Origin: a virus
Virus record (IMG/VR): IMGVR_UViG_3300012995_000005
Span: 7,655 to 71,654 of that record
Strand: one strand, 5' to 3'
Length of the DNA: 64,000 nt
Part shown: positions 19,219-28,393 of the stretch, piece after piece
Layout: each line of letters opens with the position of its first letter
Position numbering within the stretch: position 1 is the first letter of the stretch
Notes under the pieces: generated by a model
What the model was told of the DNA's origin: nothing
Seen by the model: only the letters and a program-made list of their open reading frames with translations
Database searches by the model: none
Program-made: the position numbers and the translations under genes

Positions 19219-21195
19219 TTAGCCGGCAGCCTTCACAGTGACCTTGGCAACGGCGGTTTTTGAACCGTCTTCACTGGTCATCGTGATATTGGCGACGCCC
19301 ACAGCTTTTGTTTCGCCGTCACCGCTCTGATCGATGACCGCTAAGGACTCATCGCTAGAAGTCAGCGTAAATGCTTTGTTAGAAGCGTTTTCTGGCAGAA
19401 CAGCGGGGGTCAGTTTGAATTTCTCACCAACGGTGACAGTCAGCGTTTTTGGCGTTAAGGAAACGGACTCTACGCCTACTGATGCTTCAGGTTTACCGCC
19501 GGCTTCCGGCTTTTTTTCGATGAACTTCCCAGTGCCAGGATCGATGGCGCCGACTTTTTCGTTAACGAGCGTGAGACGGGAGAAATAGTCTTCGCCATTG
19601 CGTGGGTGGATCTCATTAATGGCAGAACCCCACAGTGTTTGGCGATTAACCAGCGCCGTGCTCGTTGGATGGACAAATGGAATTGCTGGTACTGCATCGC
19701 CCGCGACCATGCCGGCCTCACCCAGGTTTTCACCACGTGAGTAGAAAAGAATGTCGCTCGATGAGAACGGATAGCCTTCTTTGTCGAACTGTTCACACAC
19801 TGGGTTCGGCACTTCATAGATACGGATCGAACCGAACAGCAAGCCGATGAAGTGCACATAGGATGTTTGCACATAGTTCGGCGCCAGTTGGAACATGCTT
19901 TCCGGCAGTGACTTGATATAGCCGGCTGCATCACCACCAGCAAAGCCACCACGGATGCCGTATTTTTTAGTACGGTCACGCATCTCCGTGGAAATTCGAT
20001 TCACAACCCCACGGAAGAGGGCACACCACGGTTCCCATTGCTGGCCTTCAGGCAGCGCTGTGTCGAATTTGTATTCGTGCACAGTATGGAACGCGAGCTT
20101 ACGCAGACGTTTCATATCCTGCTCATGAGAACACCATTGGGTCAGGCTGGTGAACTGCATCGATGCCAGGTTTAGGCCAAACTCACGTTGCAGATCCATC
20201 ATGGACTGCACGGTATGCTCGGCCGCCAGGATGTATTGCGATGGCTTCATAGTCCATTTACGCATCGCCTGGTTAATTACCGGGATCAGGTCAGGAGCAT
20301 TCTCAACGTCCAGCTCGGCCTGCATTGCAATGTGAGTGCCCGCTGGTGGAGCTTCGTCAAACTTCAGCTTCACGATGCCCTTTGTATAGTCGACTGTTCC
20401 AGTCACCTGGAAGCTATTGCCTTTGGCGTCTTTTTCGTTGAAGTTGATGTTGCTATCACCATCATCGTAGTGTTTACCGAGCCGGCGGTTCACGATGATA
20501 CGAACACGAGAACGACGAATTGGCATATTTCGGCCTTCGTAGTCGTAAATCGAGATGGTGAACTCTTTGGCAGTGCCGTCGACGCCACCCTTCAGCATGA
20601 AGATACGGCCCATCTGCGAGAATACGCCGGCGCTGAGGTGATCCATTTGCTCACCGCGCTCAAACGACCCCATCTTCACGCCTGCAACGTTGTAGACCTC
20701 ATAGAAGTCAGACTCATCGCGAGTAGCCGGCATGAAAGTGCACATATCGCTGGTTGCGGCGCCCAGGGCGGACGGCAAGATCATTGCCATGAAAATAGCT
20801 TGGCGCATTACACCTTCTGATGTACTCATGTCACTGGAAACTGATTCCAGCATTGCCGCGCCTTCACCGCTACGTTTAGCGGTTGGGGAAGATTCCAGGA
20901 TCAGGTTTTCACATGCATGTTGAGCATTTGCCAGCAGATCGGCTGGTGGATTACAGCCATTAATGCGGCGGTAATCAGCCACACTGGCCGCCCAAGCTGT
21001 AGAAATCTGGCGGACGGCCTTCGGGTCTACGCCTTCAAACATTGGATCTTTGGCTGCTGCCTGAGAAATGGCTTCCGCTTGCTCTTCAACGCTCATAGAG
21101 GCGTTGATAGGGGCATTGCTGGTAAACGCCAGCACTCGGCCAGCGCGACAATTTACGTCTCTCTGACGTTCATGAAATGCTTTGGTATCAGACAC
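19219..21195 (-). CDS. Major capsid protein (P1 gp23-like) with an in-frame C-terminal Ig-like (Big_2) domain
   Basis: LESVSSDMSTSEG and ALGAATSDMCTF capsid motifs; last ~85 aa VESVSLTPKTLTVTVGEKFKLTPAVLPENASNK is a typical Big_2 fold. Confidence 0.9.
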   Translation of the reverse strand: MSDTKAFHERQRDVNCRAGRVLAFTSNAPINASMSVEEQAEAISQAAAKDPMFEGVDPKAVRQISTAWAASVADYRRINGCNPPADLLANAQHACENLILESSPTAKRSGEGAAMLESVSSDMSTSEGVMRQAIFMAMILPSALGAATSDMCTFMPATRDESDFYEVYNVAGVKMGSFERGEQMDHLSAGVFSQMGRIFMLKGGVDGTAKEFTISIYDYEGRNMPIRRSRVRIIVNRRLGKHYDDGDSNINFNEKDAKGNSFQVTGTVDYTKGIVKLKFDEAPPAGTHIAMQAELDVENAPDLIPVINQAMRKWTMKPSQYILAAEHTVQSMMDLQREFGLNLASMQFTSLTQWCSHEQDMKRLRKLAFHTVHEYKFDTALPEGQQWEPWCALFRGVVNRISTEMRDRTKKYGIRGGFAGGDAAGYIKSLPESMFQLAPNYVQTSYVHFIGLLFGSIRIYEVPNPVCEQFDKEGYPFSSSDILFYSRGENLGEAGMVAGDAVPAIPFVHPTSTALVNRQTLWGSAINEIHPRNGEDYFSRLTLVNEKVGAIDPGTGKFIEKKPEAGGKPEASVGVESVSLTPKTLTVTVGEKFKLTPAVLPENASNKAFTLTSSDESLAVIDQSGDGETKAVGVANITMTSEDGSKTAVAKVTVKAAG

Positions 21196-21247
21196 TTTTT
21201 CGTCCTATCTATTTGCACAGACAGGGGTTTGCTTCTCGACATTCGAG

Positions 21248-21266
21248 ATATTAACGAAAGTGAGTT
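21248..21266 (-). promoter_or_regulatory. Late promoter (AACTCACTT-N4-TAATAT) for the capsid/sheath operon
   Basis: Shared motif about 50 bp upstream of the capsid ATG. Confidence 0.75.
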
Positions 21267-21303
21267 ATTGGGGATCACGATAAAACAGTAGGGTTGTTAA
21301 TGG

Positions 21304-21351
21304 AGGTTTGTTAGACTAATTCTATTAAACTAATACAGGATTAGTAATGCG
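21304..21351. promoter_or_regulatory. C1-type operator cluster (AGGTTTGTTAGACTAAT plus TATTAAACTAAT-N5-ATTAGTAATGCG)
   Basis: Matches the recurrent operator motif; overlaps the ATG at 21347. Confidence 0.6.
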
Positions 21352-21769
21352 TTATACTGTTTATGTGGAATATCGAAACGGCGCGACCAACACGCCAGCG
21401 CACTCTGGGGTCAAAGAAGTTGCGTATCGAAACTTTGTTGAATTAGTTGCTGATAAAGATCTACAGCTCACAGCAGAAGCTTGCATTATCAAGTGCTCAA
21501 CAAGTGAGATACTTCGCTTTGACCTGCGCACCCCTCAACCTCTCCCTGAATTTAAAGAGATCCAATGGCCTCGTCGAGGTGCTCAGCGCCAGGTGAAGAA
21601 TGGAAAAACAGTCTCAGCTTTTTTAGCGTCAAATGAAGAGGACTTCTTAAAGTCGTTAGGGGGAGGGAGTCTCACGCACGGTATTCGTAAGGCAGTAACA
21701 ATGCTTAGCATTCTTGAGCAGGAGAAGTTGAGGGATCTCAAGGAAAAAGCCACCAGCGTATCAGCGTAA
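21347..21769 (+). CDS. Hypothetical protein with a possible C-terminal ribbon-helix-helix
   Basis: 140 aa ORF; TVSAFL-helix-GGGS-helix pattern. Confidence 0.6.
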   Translation: MRYTVYVEYRNGATNTPAHSGVKEVAYRNFVELVADKDLQLTAEACIIKCSTSEILRFDLRTPQPLPEFKEIQWPRRGAQRQVKNGKTVSAFLASNEEDFLKSLGGGSLTHGIRKAVTMLSILEQEKLRDLKEKATSVSA

Positions 21770-21794
21770 GCCTAGTGTTTTCTTCGATGCCCCT

Positions 21795-22073
21795 CTATGG
21801 GGCTTTTCGTGCCTTGTCGTGTTCAGAACGCTTGTGGAAAAGTTCTAACACCTCCTCAGCAAACTGATCGTCTACGATGTAGAAGTAGCACTCTGGTACA
21901 TTCAGAACTTTTCCGAATAGGCACATCGTTTCGAATACTGGTCGATATGCACCCGTTTCATACGATGAGATACGCCCACGAGCGGTGCTTTCGTCAATGC
22001 CTGCTAAGACGCCAAGTTGCTCTTGCGTAAGACCTGCGCGGATGCGAGCAGATTTCAGCCGTTTTGTGATCAT
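21795..22073 (-). CDS. XRE-family HTH regulator
   Basis: RLKSARIRAGLTQEQLG...ISSYETG HTH_3 signature. Confidence 0.85.
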   Translation of the reverse strand: MITKRLKSARIRAGLTQEQLGVLAGIDESTARGRISSYETGAYRPVFETMCLFGKVLNVPECYFYIVDDQFAEEVLELFHKRSEHDKARKAP

Positions 22074-22127
22074 ATTTTTGCCGTCATATTAATTGACGAC
22101 ATGTGTAACATTGCATAACATCAACGT

Positions 22128-22208
22128 TGTTCAGAATCACAGAACATCATAAAGACCACAAAGCAACACCAGGGAAAGGCCGATCACTTGATCGGCCATT
22201 TTTTTTTA
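22128..22208 (+). ncRNA. Candidate ~80-nt small RNA
   Basis: TTGACG(22093)-17-TAACAT promoter; no ATG in the transcript; GGCCGATC-actt-GATCGGCC stem followed by A and T10. Confidence 0.4.
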
Positions 22209-22670
22209 ATGGATTTTTAATTTTTGCGCTCGGTAAAGTTAAACCTTGACCGTTGTGTGTTTAGAAACGGGGAAAAAACCATGTTTTTACACTGTCAAAA
22301 AAGGGTTAATCTTTTGAATAATAACCAATTACTAAGCTTAGATATAGCAGGGCGTAAATCAAAACACTCTATCACTCAATCGGGCGCCTTGAAGCGTGAA
22401 TATGGCATATCGAAGCAGCTTAGTGATCATGATGTTCTATCGGTAATTCATAGGCATTTCATTAACCCCAGATCAGGGGATAGCGTGTTGACACTCTCAG
22501 TTCTGCTTACTACTGAGCACCCAAGTATAAGACGCGCTGATTTTAGGAAAACTGTAGAGGTGATCACGAGGGTGGTTAATCAACTGAATTTGCAGGCAGC
22601 AAATTAATTGGACGAAAAACCCGCAAGTAGTGGTAACCGGTCATCTTAATGCGTGACATAGAAGTGAAAG

Positions 22671-22885
22671 TTATCCACATATCAACTGGCTAGATCCAAT
22701 AATTTAACCTTTAGATCCATAAATGACCTAAAAGATCCCGGAACCCTTTAGACCAGGTATGACGCGGCCTGCGGGCCTGTTTGTGTGTTTATAAACTGGA
22801 ATAATGTGTTTATAAACTGGATATCTGTGTTTGTAAATGGGATAAATGTGTTTGCAAACTGGATTAAGTGTGTTTATAAACTGGG
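22671..22885 (+). repeat. Plasmid replication origin (oriR-like): DnaA box, three AGATCC heptamers, GC-rich spacer, five iterons
   Basis: TTATCCACA 22671-22679; AGATCC at 22692, 22713, 22733; TGTGTTTATAAACTGGA-type iterons at 22784, 22805, 22826, 22847, 22869 (21-22 bp period). Confidence 0.92.
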
Positions 22886-22934
22886 AAAAGGATCTTTTTT
22901 TCCACATTACTCAGACCATCACAAGAAACTATTT

Positions 22935-23834
22935 ATGACTATGAAAAACAACGTGTTAAGTCTTATTGATGTGCTGGCCTCGAAGGGTGAAAAAAAACTT
23001 ACCCCCAATTCTAATAGTACCGTTCAACCTGTTGCGCTGATGCGTCTTGGTCTTTTTGTACCAAGCTTGAAGCGCAAGGGGAAGAACGTTGAGAGTGTCA
23101 CCATAGATGCGTCTGAGGAGCTATCCAAGCTCGAAATAGCCCAAGCCGAGGGCTATTCGAACATTACGATAAGTGGCCCTAGGCTGTCTATGGAGACAGA
23201 TTTCAAGGTTTGGGTGGCTGTAATTTTATCGTTCTCAAAGTATGGCCGAGACTCCAATACGATCGAACTGCCTTTTTCCGAGTTTGCGAGCTTTGCTGGC
23301 TATCCTGACAAGGAAAAAACACGTGTTTTGCGTGAACGCATCTCTGGCTCCCTCACTCGAATTCGTAGCACTACGTTGAGTTTGTCCTCAAAGAACAAGG
23401 ACAAACATAGCGTTACTGGCTTGCTCCAGAAGGGTAATTGGGATGTAAAAGCAGATGTAATTAAGCTGACTGCTGACGAGTCACTCTGGGAGTTGTATCA
23501 GGTTGATAACCAAGTGCTGCTCCAGATGTTCGTACTCCGCAAGCTGGCGAACAAAGGGACTGCGCAAGCGCTTTACACTTTCATTGAAAGCCTTCCGCGT
23601 AAGCCCATACCGTTGTCCTTCGAGCGTATTAAGCAACGCCTGGTGCTTACATCCCCGCAGAACCAACAAAACCGAATCATCAAGAAAGCCGTCGAGGAAC
23701 TGATCGAAACAGGATACCTCGATGCGACCATTCAAAAGCGCGATAAAGACTGGCACGTATTGATCCACGGGCGGAATCCTAAATGCCACCTACCGGCCGG
23801 CGCCAGCCTCATCGAGGGATTGGACGACGATTAG
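22935..23834 (+). CDS. repA: Iteron-binding replication initiator (P1 RepA/RepFIB family)
   Basis: TVQPVALMRLGLFVP and ITISGPRLSMETDFKVW motifs; start placed after the iterons. Confidence 0.92.
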   Translation: MTMKNNVLSLIDVLASKGEKKLTPNSNSTVQPVALMRLGLFVPSLKRKGKNVESVTIDASEELSKLEIAQAEGYSNITISGPRLSMETDFKVWVAVILSFSKYGRDSNTIELPFSEFASFAGYPDKEKTRVLRERISGSLTRIRSTTLSLSSKNKDKHSVTGLLQKGNWDVKADVIKLTADESLWELYQVDNQVLLQMFVLRKLANKGTAQALYTFIESLPRKPIPLSFERIKQRLVLTSPQNQQNRIIKKAVEELIETGYLDATIQKRDKDWHVLIHGRNPKCHLPAGASLIEGLDDD

Positions 23835-23837
23835 ATT

Positions 23838-24095
23838 TGTGTTTATAAACTGGATTCCCGCTTGTGGGAGTGTGTTTATAAACTGGATGCTGCGACATCC
23901 ATCGCGTTATATCGCCTGATCTGGCTCTTCAGCTCGTGATTTTTCCCGTTTGTAAACACACCGGGTGCATTTCTTGGCCGTGATTCGTTGGTTCCATCCA
24001 GTTTATAAACACTCCTGGCGTACTGGCGCTATAGTCTGCCAGTTTATATACACACAGTGCTTGCCCTGCTGATCCTCATCCAGTTTATAAACACT
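23838..24095. repeat. incA-like copy-control iterons (2 direct, 4 inverted)
   Basis: Direct at 23838 and 23871; inverted at 23944, 23997, 24037, 24079. Confidence 0.9.
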
Positions 24096-24160
24096 TCCCA
24101 GCCCCACCTTATTCATACATGGTATGATTTGACGTTCAACAACCACCATAAGTCAATCAC

Positions 24161-24445
24161 ATGCGATTATCAGCAATTCAAAAAGATACCTTGTTTATCC
24201 TGCATGCGTTCCGTTTAAAAGGGCGTTCAGCAGGCATACGTCAAACTGCATTGTTCAACATTGTTAGAGCCAATCGCTCCGTTGAACTTTTCCCTAACAA
24301 CTACAGCCTGTCCTGCCGAACGCTGGCAAAGAATGGCCTGATCCTCCTTGAGAGGGATGAGAGTTTAAGGTTGTATCTCACGTTGACGGAGAGTGGCGCC
24401 AAGACCGCAGAGAGTATCTATGAGGAGAGGGCGGTATACGGATAA
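24161..24445 (+). CDS. UpfA-like winged-helix protein
   Basis: MRLSAIQKDTLFIL resembles P1 UpfA; follows repA/incA as in P1. Confidence 0.6.
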   Translation: MRLSAIQKDTLFILHAFRLKGRSAGIRQTALFNIVRANRSVELFPNNYSLSCRTLAKNGLILLERDESLRLYLTLTESGAKTAESIYEERAVYG

Positions 24446-24457
24446 TAGCCGTATGAA

Positions 24458-24486
24458 TTGACAATTACATAGACCGTAGGTAATCT
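24458..24486 (+). promoter_or_regulatory. Sigma70 promoter for the TA operon
   Basis: TTGACA-17-TAATCT. Confidence 0.75.
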
Positions 24487-24581
24487 TACATCGTAGTACG
24501 GCTATCATCCGTACTAGGTTTGATGATGAATCTTAATTTAGAAGATACATATACTGAAAAAAACGTAATCAGGAGTTAATA

Positions 24582-24647
24582 ATGGCAAATCATAATTTTA
24601 GTAATTTCAATAATTTAAGACGAAGGCCTTTTACTGGAAAAAGGTAA
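24582..24647 (+). CDS. Candidate 21-aa leader peptide MANHNFSNFNNLRRRPFTGKR
   Basis: AGGAG RBS at 24571; lies between the promoter and the antitoxin gene. Confidence 0.35.
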   Translation: MANHNFSNFNNLRRRPFTGKR

Positions 24648-24694
24648 CGTCGCCTGTCAGAAGGAGAGTTTAGAGGAATATAGAGAGGTTCAAT

Positions 24695-25018
24695 ATGGCA
24701 ACCACAACTGTCTCGCAGATGCCTGTGGATGTAGCTAAAGGTTTAAAGAACGCAAGAGTCGAGTTGAAGACTTCTGTGAGTTTAAAAGATGTACTTCGTG
24801 AAGCGGCGGCTGTCGCTGGTTTGGATTTGACGTCGTTCATACTGAATGCCGCCCTGGAAAGAGCTGAAAGCGTGTTGGATAACCAACGGCGCCGTGAGCT
24901 ATCTGAAGGGGCTTGGCATCAGTTGAATCAACTTATGTCTGAACCTGCCGCACCAACGCTTGCCCTGAAAGCCTTGATGAGGAGGAAGAAACACAATGGG
25001 GAACCAGACCACAAATGA
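24695..25018 (+). CDS. DUF1778 RHH antitoxin (TacA/AtaR family)
   Basis: ARVELKT...LREAAAVAGLDLTSFILNAALERAESVL...P..ALKALM. Confidence 0.9.
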   Translation: MATTTVSQMPVDVAKGLKNARVELKTSVSLKDVLREAAAVAGLDLTSFILNAALERAESVLDNQRRRELSEGAWHQLNQLMSEPAAPTLALKALMRRKKHNGEPDHK

Positions 25019-25541
25019 TGTAAGTAACGCGGACGTATTGGCCTGTACGTATCAGGCGGATATCACATACCCCGGTCAGAAGAAGTTTGATTGTGGGAAA
25101 GATGCAGTGAATACCTTTGTTCGCGGTTCACTCAAAAAAAACGTTGCCGATGGGAATTGTGCTGCAAAGTCGCTGATCGATAAGAACACTGGTGAGTTGA
25201 TCGGGATATGCAGTTTTACAGCGTTTAGCCTGGAAAAAACGGCATTGAGCGGGGTAGTTACCGGCTCTCTTCCTCGTGAGGTTGGTGTTGTTCGACTAGT
25301 AATGCTTGGTGTAGCCACTAAGTATCAAAAGCAAGGCTACGGTTTGGATCTGCTGTGTGAGTTCTTTGAGCAGATTAAAATCATCCACAAGGCATTGCCT
25401 GTAAAAGGCGTCTATCTAGACGCTGACCCAGAAGCGATTGGTTTTTACGCTCGTTATGGGTTCGTCCAGCTGAACTTGCCGCCGAACAGTTTGGGTGCTG
25501 TGCCGATGTTCTTGGGCATTCAGCATATACTGGCGGCTTGA
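24996..25541 (+). CDS. GNAT tRNA-acetylating toxin (TacT/AtaT family)
   Basis: FDCG, LGVATKYQKQGYG acetyl-CoA motif, AIGFYARYGF. Confidence 0.9.
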   Translation: MGNQTTNDVSNADVLACTYQADITYPGQKKFDCGKDAVNTFVRGSLKKNVADGNCAAKSLIDKNTGELIGICSFTAFSLEKTALSGVVTGSLPREVGVVRLVMLGVATKYQKQGYGLDLLCEFFEQIKIIHKALPVKGVYLDADPEAIGFYARYGFVQLNLPPNSLGAVPMFLGIQHILAA

Positions 25542-25555
25542 TTCGCTAAAATTAG

Positions 25556-25583
25556 AAGCCCCGTCAATCTATGACGGGGCTTT
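25556..25583. terminator. Hairpin terminator between convergent operons
   Basis: AAGCCCCGTCA-atcta-TGACGGGGCTT. Confidence 0.75.
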
Positions 25584-25659
25584 GCTCAGCATTATTCACT
25601 TCATTGGTTGCTTGTTTTCAACAGCGGCAGCCTTGTGTGACCGTGTCACGTGTGCCTGT

Positions 25660-25857
25660 TTACTCTTCCAGCTGTAACACCCCATGCTCTTCTGATTCCG
25701 AATATGCGATCAGACCGTTGTATTCAGGAATCTGCTCACCATTCTCCGCTTCCCACGCCGGAATTGTGCTGGTTGTAATTGTGTAGGCCGGCTGGCCGTC
25801 TTCGGCAGCGAATCGGGCCAGTTCTTTAATTTGTTCTTGTGTCAGTACAACGCTCAT
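25660..25857 (-). CDS. Hypothetical phage protein
   Basis: ATGA coupling with the i-spanin stop. Confidence 0.6.
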   Translation of the reverse strand: MSVVLTQEQIKELARFAAEDGQPAYTITTSTIPAWEAENGEQIPEYNGLIAYSESEEHGVLQLEE

Positions 25858-26396
25858 TTTTTTCTCTCTTCATCAAGCTGGCGGATAGCCAGGAGTTGGT
25901 TGTTAGCTTTGTCGATCGCCGCAAGAAGCGGATCAATCCACAAAACTGCTTGGCAATATGTCAGTTCGCCGGCGGCAGAGGTACGAGCACTGGCTGTGTC
26001 AGTAATGGCGGGATTGGCTGGCATTGCGCTGGAACGTAAACTGTTCGTGTAGTCGAACAACCCACGAGCAATAGAGTCAGGCACGCGCAAATTACATGTT
26101 GGTAGGTCTTTAAGGATCGTTCTGTATTCAATCTCTTTCTCCCGAGAGGTCGAGTCGGCATTGATGCCATATCGATTAGCTGCATAGCTGATCTCGTTTG
26201 CTCGTTGGAATTGAAAAGCCTGCGTCGCGATGACGACCGATTGCTGATCAACAGTTCTTGTCTGTTCTTCCAGCCGTGTTTGGAGGAGCCGCAGATCTTT
26301 CCGATATCCCCAGTTACTGACGGCCAGCCATGCGATGAAGCCAAAAATAGCGATCACCCTTACTGCTTTACCGGTCGGCACTGCGATGGCGTTCAT
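25854..26396 (-). CDS. Rz-like i-spanin (PpfA position in P1)
   Basis: N-terminal TM segment, coiled coil, TYCQAVLWIDPLL block; start placed at MNAIAV. Confidence 0.75.
   Translation of the reverse strand: MNAIAVPTGKAVRVIAIFGFIAWLAVSNWGYRKDLRLLQTRLEEQTRTVDQQSVVIATQAFQFQRANEISYAANRYGINADSTSREKEIEYRTILKDLPTCNLRVPDSIARGLFDYTNSLRSSAMPANPAITDTASARTSAAGELTYCQAVLWIDPLLAAIDKANNQLLAIRQLDEERKK
25961..26131 (-). CDS. Embedded Rz1-like o-spanin lipoprotein
   Basis: Lipobox LLVG-C, Pro-rich mature part; candidate TTG start after GGGAG (start uncertain). Confidence 0.7.
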   Translation of the reverse strand: MNTERSLKTYQHVICACLTLLLVGCSTTRTVYVPAQCQPIPPLLTQPVLVPLPPAN

Positions 26397-27174
26397 CGAT
26401 CCCCCCAAAGAGCGCGTTAGTAACGCTGGCGGGAGTGATCGCTTCAATGGCCCCTTGCATAGGTGAACTCGTGCCCATTGAGTCCAACGCTGCAATGCCT
26501 ACAGCGTTTTTGAATGCCTTGGCCGCCAGGGCGACAGAAGCCACGCCATCGGACGTTAATTGACTAACGGCGCTAAAAGCCTCCGTAAGCCCGCTGGTGG
26601 CCTTTAGCATTTCATCGCATACAGCCACCAGCCTCTTAACTAGTTCATTGCTTAGCGTTGGCGCTGGTGGGCCTGAAGGTGGCTCGCCCCCACCAGCAGG
26701 CGGTGCAATGTTCAGGATCTTGTTAATTTCATGCATTACAGCGATCACTTGCTGTGGGTTAACTTTCGCCACTGCGTCAGCCATTGACCTTACCGTTACC
26801 GTGTCGGCCAATGCTTGCACTAAGGCTGGCGCCGTACCGACCTGTTTGCCTTCGCCTTTGAGATGACAATCCCACCCAATGCTCACGGTAAGCAGCGACG
26901 ACGGTGACTGGTAGGTTGTGAATGCGGCGGTAAATTCCCGGCCCGTTGATTCGGCAGACTCTAGTGAAGTAGCTACCTCGTTAATTTGGTTGATCGGTAC
27001 TGAAATACTTGTGGGGTATGCGATGCCAGGAAGTAGCGAAGCTAAAAGCGAGGTGTGTTTAGCCTTCGCCTGTTCGCTGGCTGCTAACGCTTGGGTTACT
27101 GAAGTGGCCGGCGTGAAGCCAGTCTTATTTAGTTCTCGGAACGCATTGACTTGGCGAGGATTATCTAACATCAC
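26368..27174 (-). CDS. upfB: UpfB-like virion-associated protein
   Basis: LLTVSIGWDCH motif and synteny with the PAAR gene. Confidence 0.6.
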   Translation of the reverse strand: MMLDNPRQVNAFRELNKTGFTPATSVTQALAASEQAKAKHTSLLASLLPGIAYPTSISVPINQINEVATSLESAESTGREFTAAFTTYQSPSSLLTVSIGWDCHLKGEGKQVGTAPALVQALADTVTVRSMADAVAKVNPQQVIAVMHEINKILNIAPPAGGGEPPSGPPAPTLSNELVKRLVAVCDEMLKATSGLTEAFSAVSQLTSDGVASVALAAKAFKNAVGIAALDSMGTSSPMQGAIEAITPASVTNALFGGIDERHRSADR

Positions 27175-27455
27175 GCAACCTCCACCAGCGGGTCACCGGA
27201 TGCGACGATAGAACCGCAGGAAACAGGGTCATCTTTGCAGACGATCCCTTTGCCGTTGACGGTTATCCAGGGCCGAGTTGATATCGCCGTACCGCTGTGC
27301 ACGCTGTTCCCGTCGGAGTGTTCGCTAAAGGCACTACCGTTAACCATGACTGCAACGCCATTGATTGTGACGAGTGGATCTCCCTCTACGCATGGGCGAG
27401 GCGGAAAACCTTCATGCCCAGAGCAAATAGCCCCTTTGATAGAGATGCTTGCCAT
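27171..27455 (-). CDS. upfC: PAAR-like spike-tip protein (UpfC / T4 gp5.4-like)
   Basis: CSGHEGFPPRP, HS...H, DPVSCGS motifs. Confidence 0.85.
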   Translation of the reverse strand: MASISIKGAICSGHEGFPPRPCVEGDPLVTINGVAVMVNGSAFSEHSDGNSVHSGTAISTRPWITVNGKGIVCKDDPVSCGSIVASGDPLVEVA

Positions 27456-28135
27456 TAGGCGAAGATTCCTTTTAGCCGAGCCTGAAAATCCTCTTCACTT
27501 TCTTCCGGCTTACGTAGCGAATTGACGTTGAAATGTGGCTTTACTAACGGGGATTCTAACGTCGAGTGATGAATTACTTGGTATTGTCCGCTGGTGGATA
27601 GTTCATAGCACTGGGGCTTTTCCCCATCCATTACCAACGGCTCATCGCATACGAGAATGGTTTCAGGGGTGCACGCTGAGGCTGACAGTTGCCAATTCTG
27701 ATTTGGCGCGAATAGCTCCAATCCCTCGATGATGATATCGATCGGTAATTCCGCTCTAAGTGCCGCAAATTCAGGCGTGAAGGCGCTGTGCTCAACGAAT
27801 TCAACAAACGTGCGTGCTTCATGGCGTTGATAAATGCGGTTACCAGTGATGACCAATGGCTGGTCACGGGGGAGCGTTTGGTTAACCGCTGATATTACGA
27901 AAGGGGCGTACTTCGCTGCATTTTGACTAACGACGAGTGTTGGACGACGCTTGTCGATCAGGTTTGCCACTGCAATGTTAGTTACGTTGTTCGTTAAGCC
28001 ACACACTGGCCCGGACAAAAGCATTAATCGCTTATCTTTGCCCTGAGCAAAGAAGGCCTCAAGCGTTTCTTGTTGCTGAACGGTAAGTTTCACCATGAGA
28101 TGCGGATTTGAAAAAATACCGGTACTGATAGCCAT
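27455..28135 (-). CDS. Hypothetical protein (degenerate terminase/helicase-like; uhr position in P1)
   Basis: 226 aa ORF in the late operon. Confidence 0.5.
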   Translation of the reverse strand: MAISTGIFSNPHLMVKLTVQQQETLEAFFAQGKDKRLMLLSGPVCGLTNNVTNIAVANLIDKRRPTLVVSQNAAKYAPFVISAVNQTLPRDQPLVITGNRIYQRHEARTFVEFVEHSAFTPEFAALRAELPIDIIIEGLELFAPNQNWQLSASACTPETILVCDEPLVMDGEKPQCYELSTSGQYQVIHHSTLESPLVKPHFNVNSLRKPEESEEDFQARLKGIFA

Positions 28136-28147
28136 CGTTGCTTCCTC

Positions 28148-28360
28148 TTAGCTAAAGCGTGAAATGCGCTTGTTTAGGATCGCCAGGTAATCGCTCATGA
28201 CCTCTGCTTGCAAATTCAGCAGCGTCTTGTCGTATTGCGCCAGAGACTTAAATGCTGGCCCTGTGATGAAACCCTTCAGGTTTTGCAGCTTTTCAGCAAG
28301 CTGGTTACGTTCGTCGGTAACACGTAGCTGGTATGGCTCTTGAGGTGGTATTGGGGTCAC
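28148..28360 (-). CDS. Small conserved phage coiled-coil protein
   Basis: YQLRVTDERNQL...QAEVMSDYLAILNKRI. Confidence 0.65.
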   Translation of the reverse strand: MTPIPPQEPYQLRVTDERNQLAEKLQNLKGFITGPAFKSLAQYDKTLLNLQAEVMSDYLAILNKRISRFS

Positions 28361-28393
28361 GTAGGCCTCTGCTAGTGGATGAATGGAGTGCTA

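Noticed and set aside
22224-22607. 127-aa ORF upstream of the origin
   Set aside because: Non-ATG start, no RBS, follows a terminator, AT-rich origin-proximal DNA; probably non-coding
22785-22934. N-terminal 50 aa of the listed 349-aa RepA ORF (repeating FINWNNV...)
   Set aside because: It is the translation of the 21-bp iteron array; the real start is most likely 22935 or 22941
22784-24095. Iteron repeats as a CRISPR array
   Set aside because: Spacers of only 4-5 bp or irregular length, mixed orientation, flank repA, no cas genes
25854-26396. Frameshift fusing spanin frames
   Set aside because: An embedded short lipoprotein ending in a Pro-rich tail with an i-spanin carrying TYCQAVLW is a normal Rz/Rz1 arrangement
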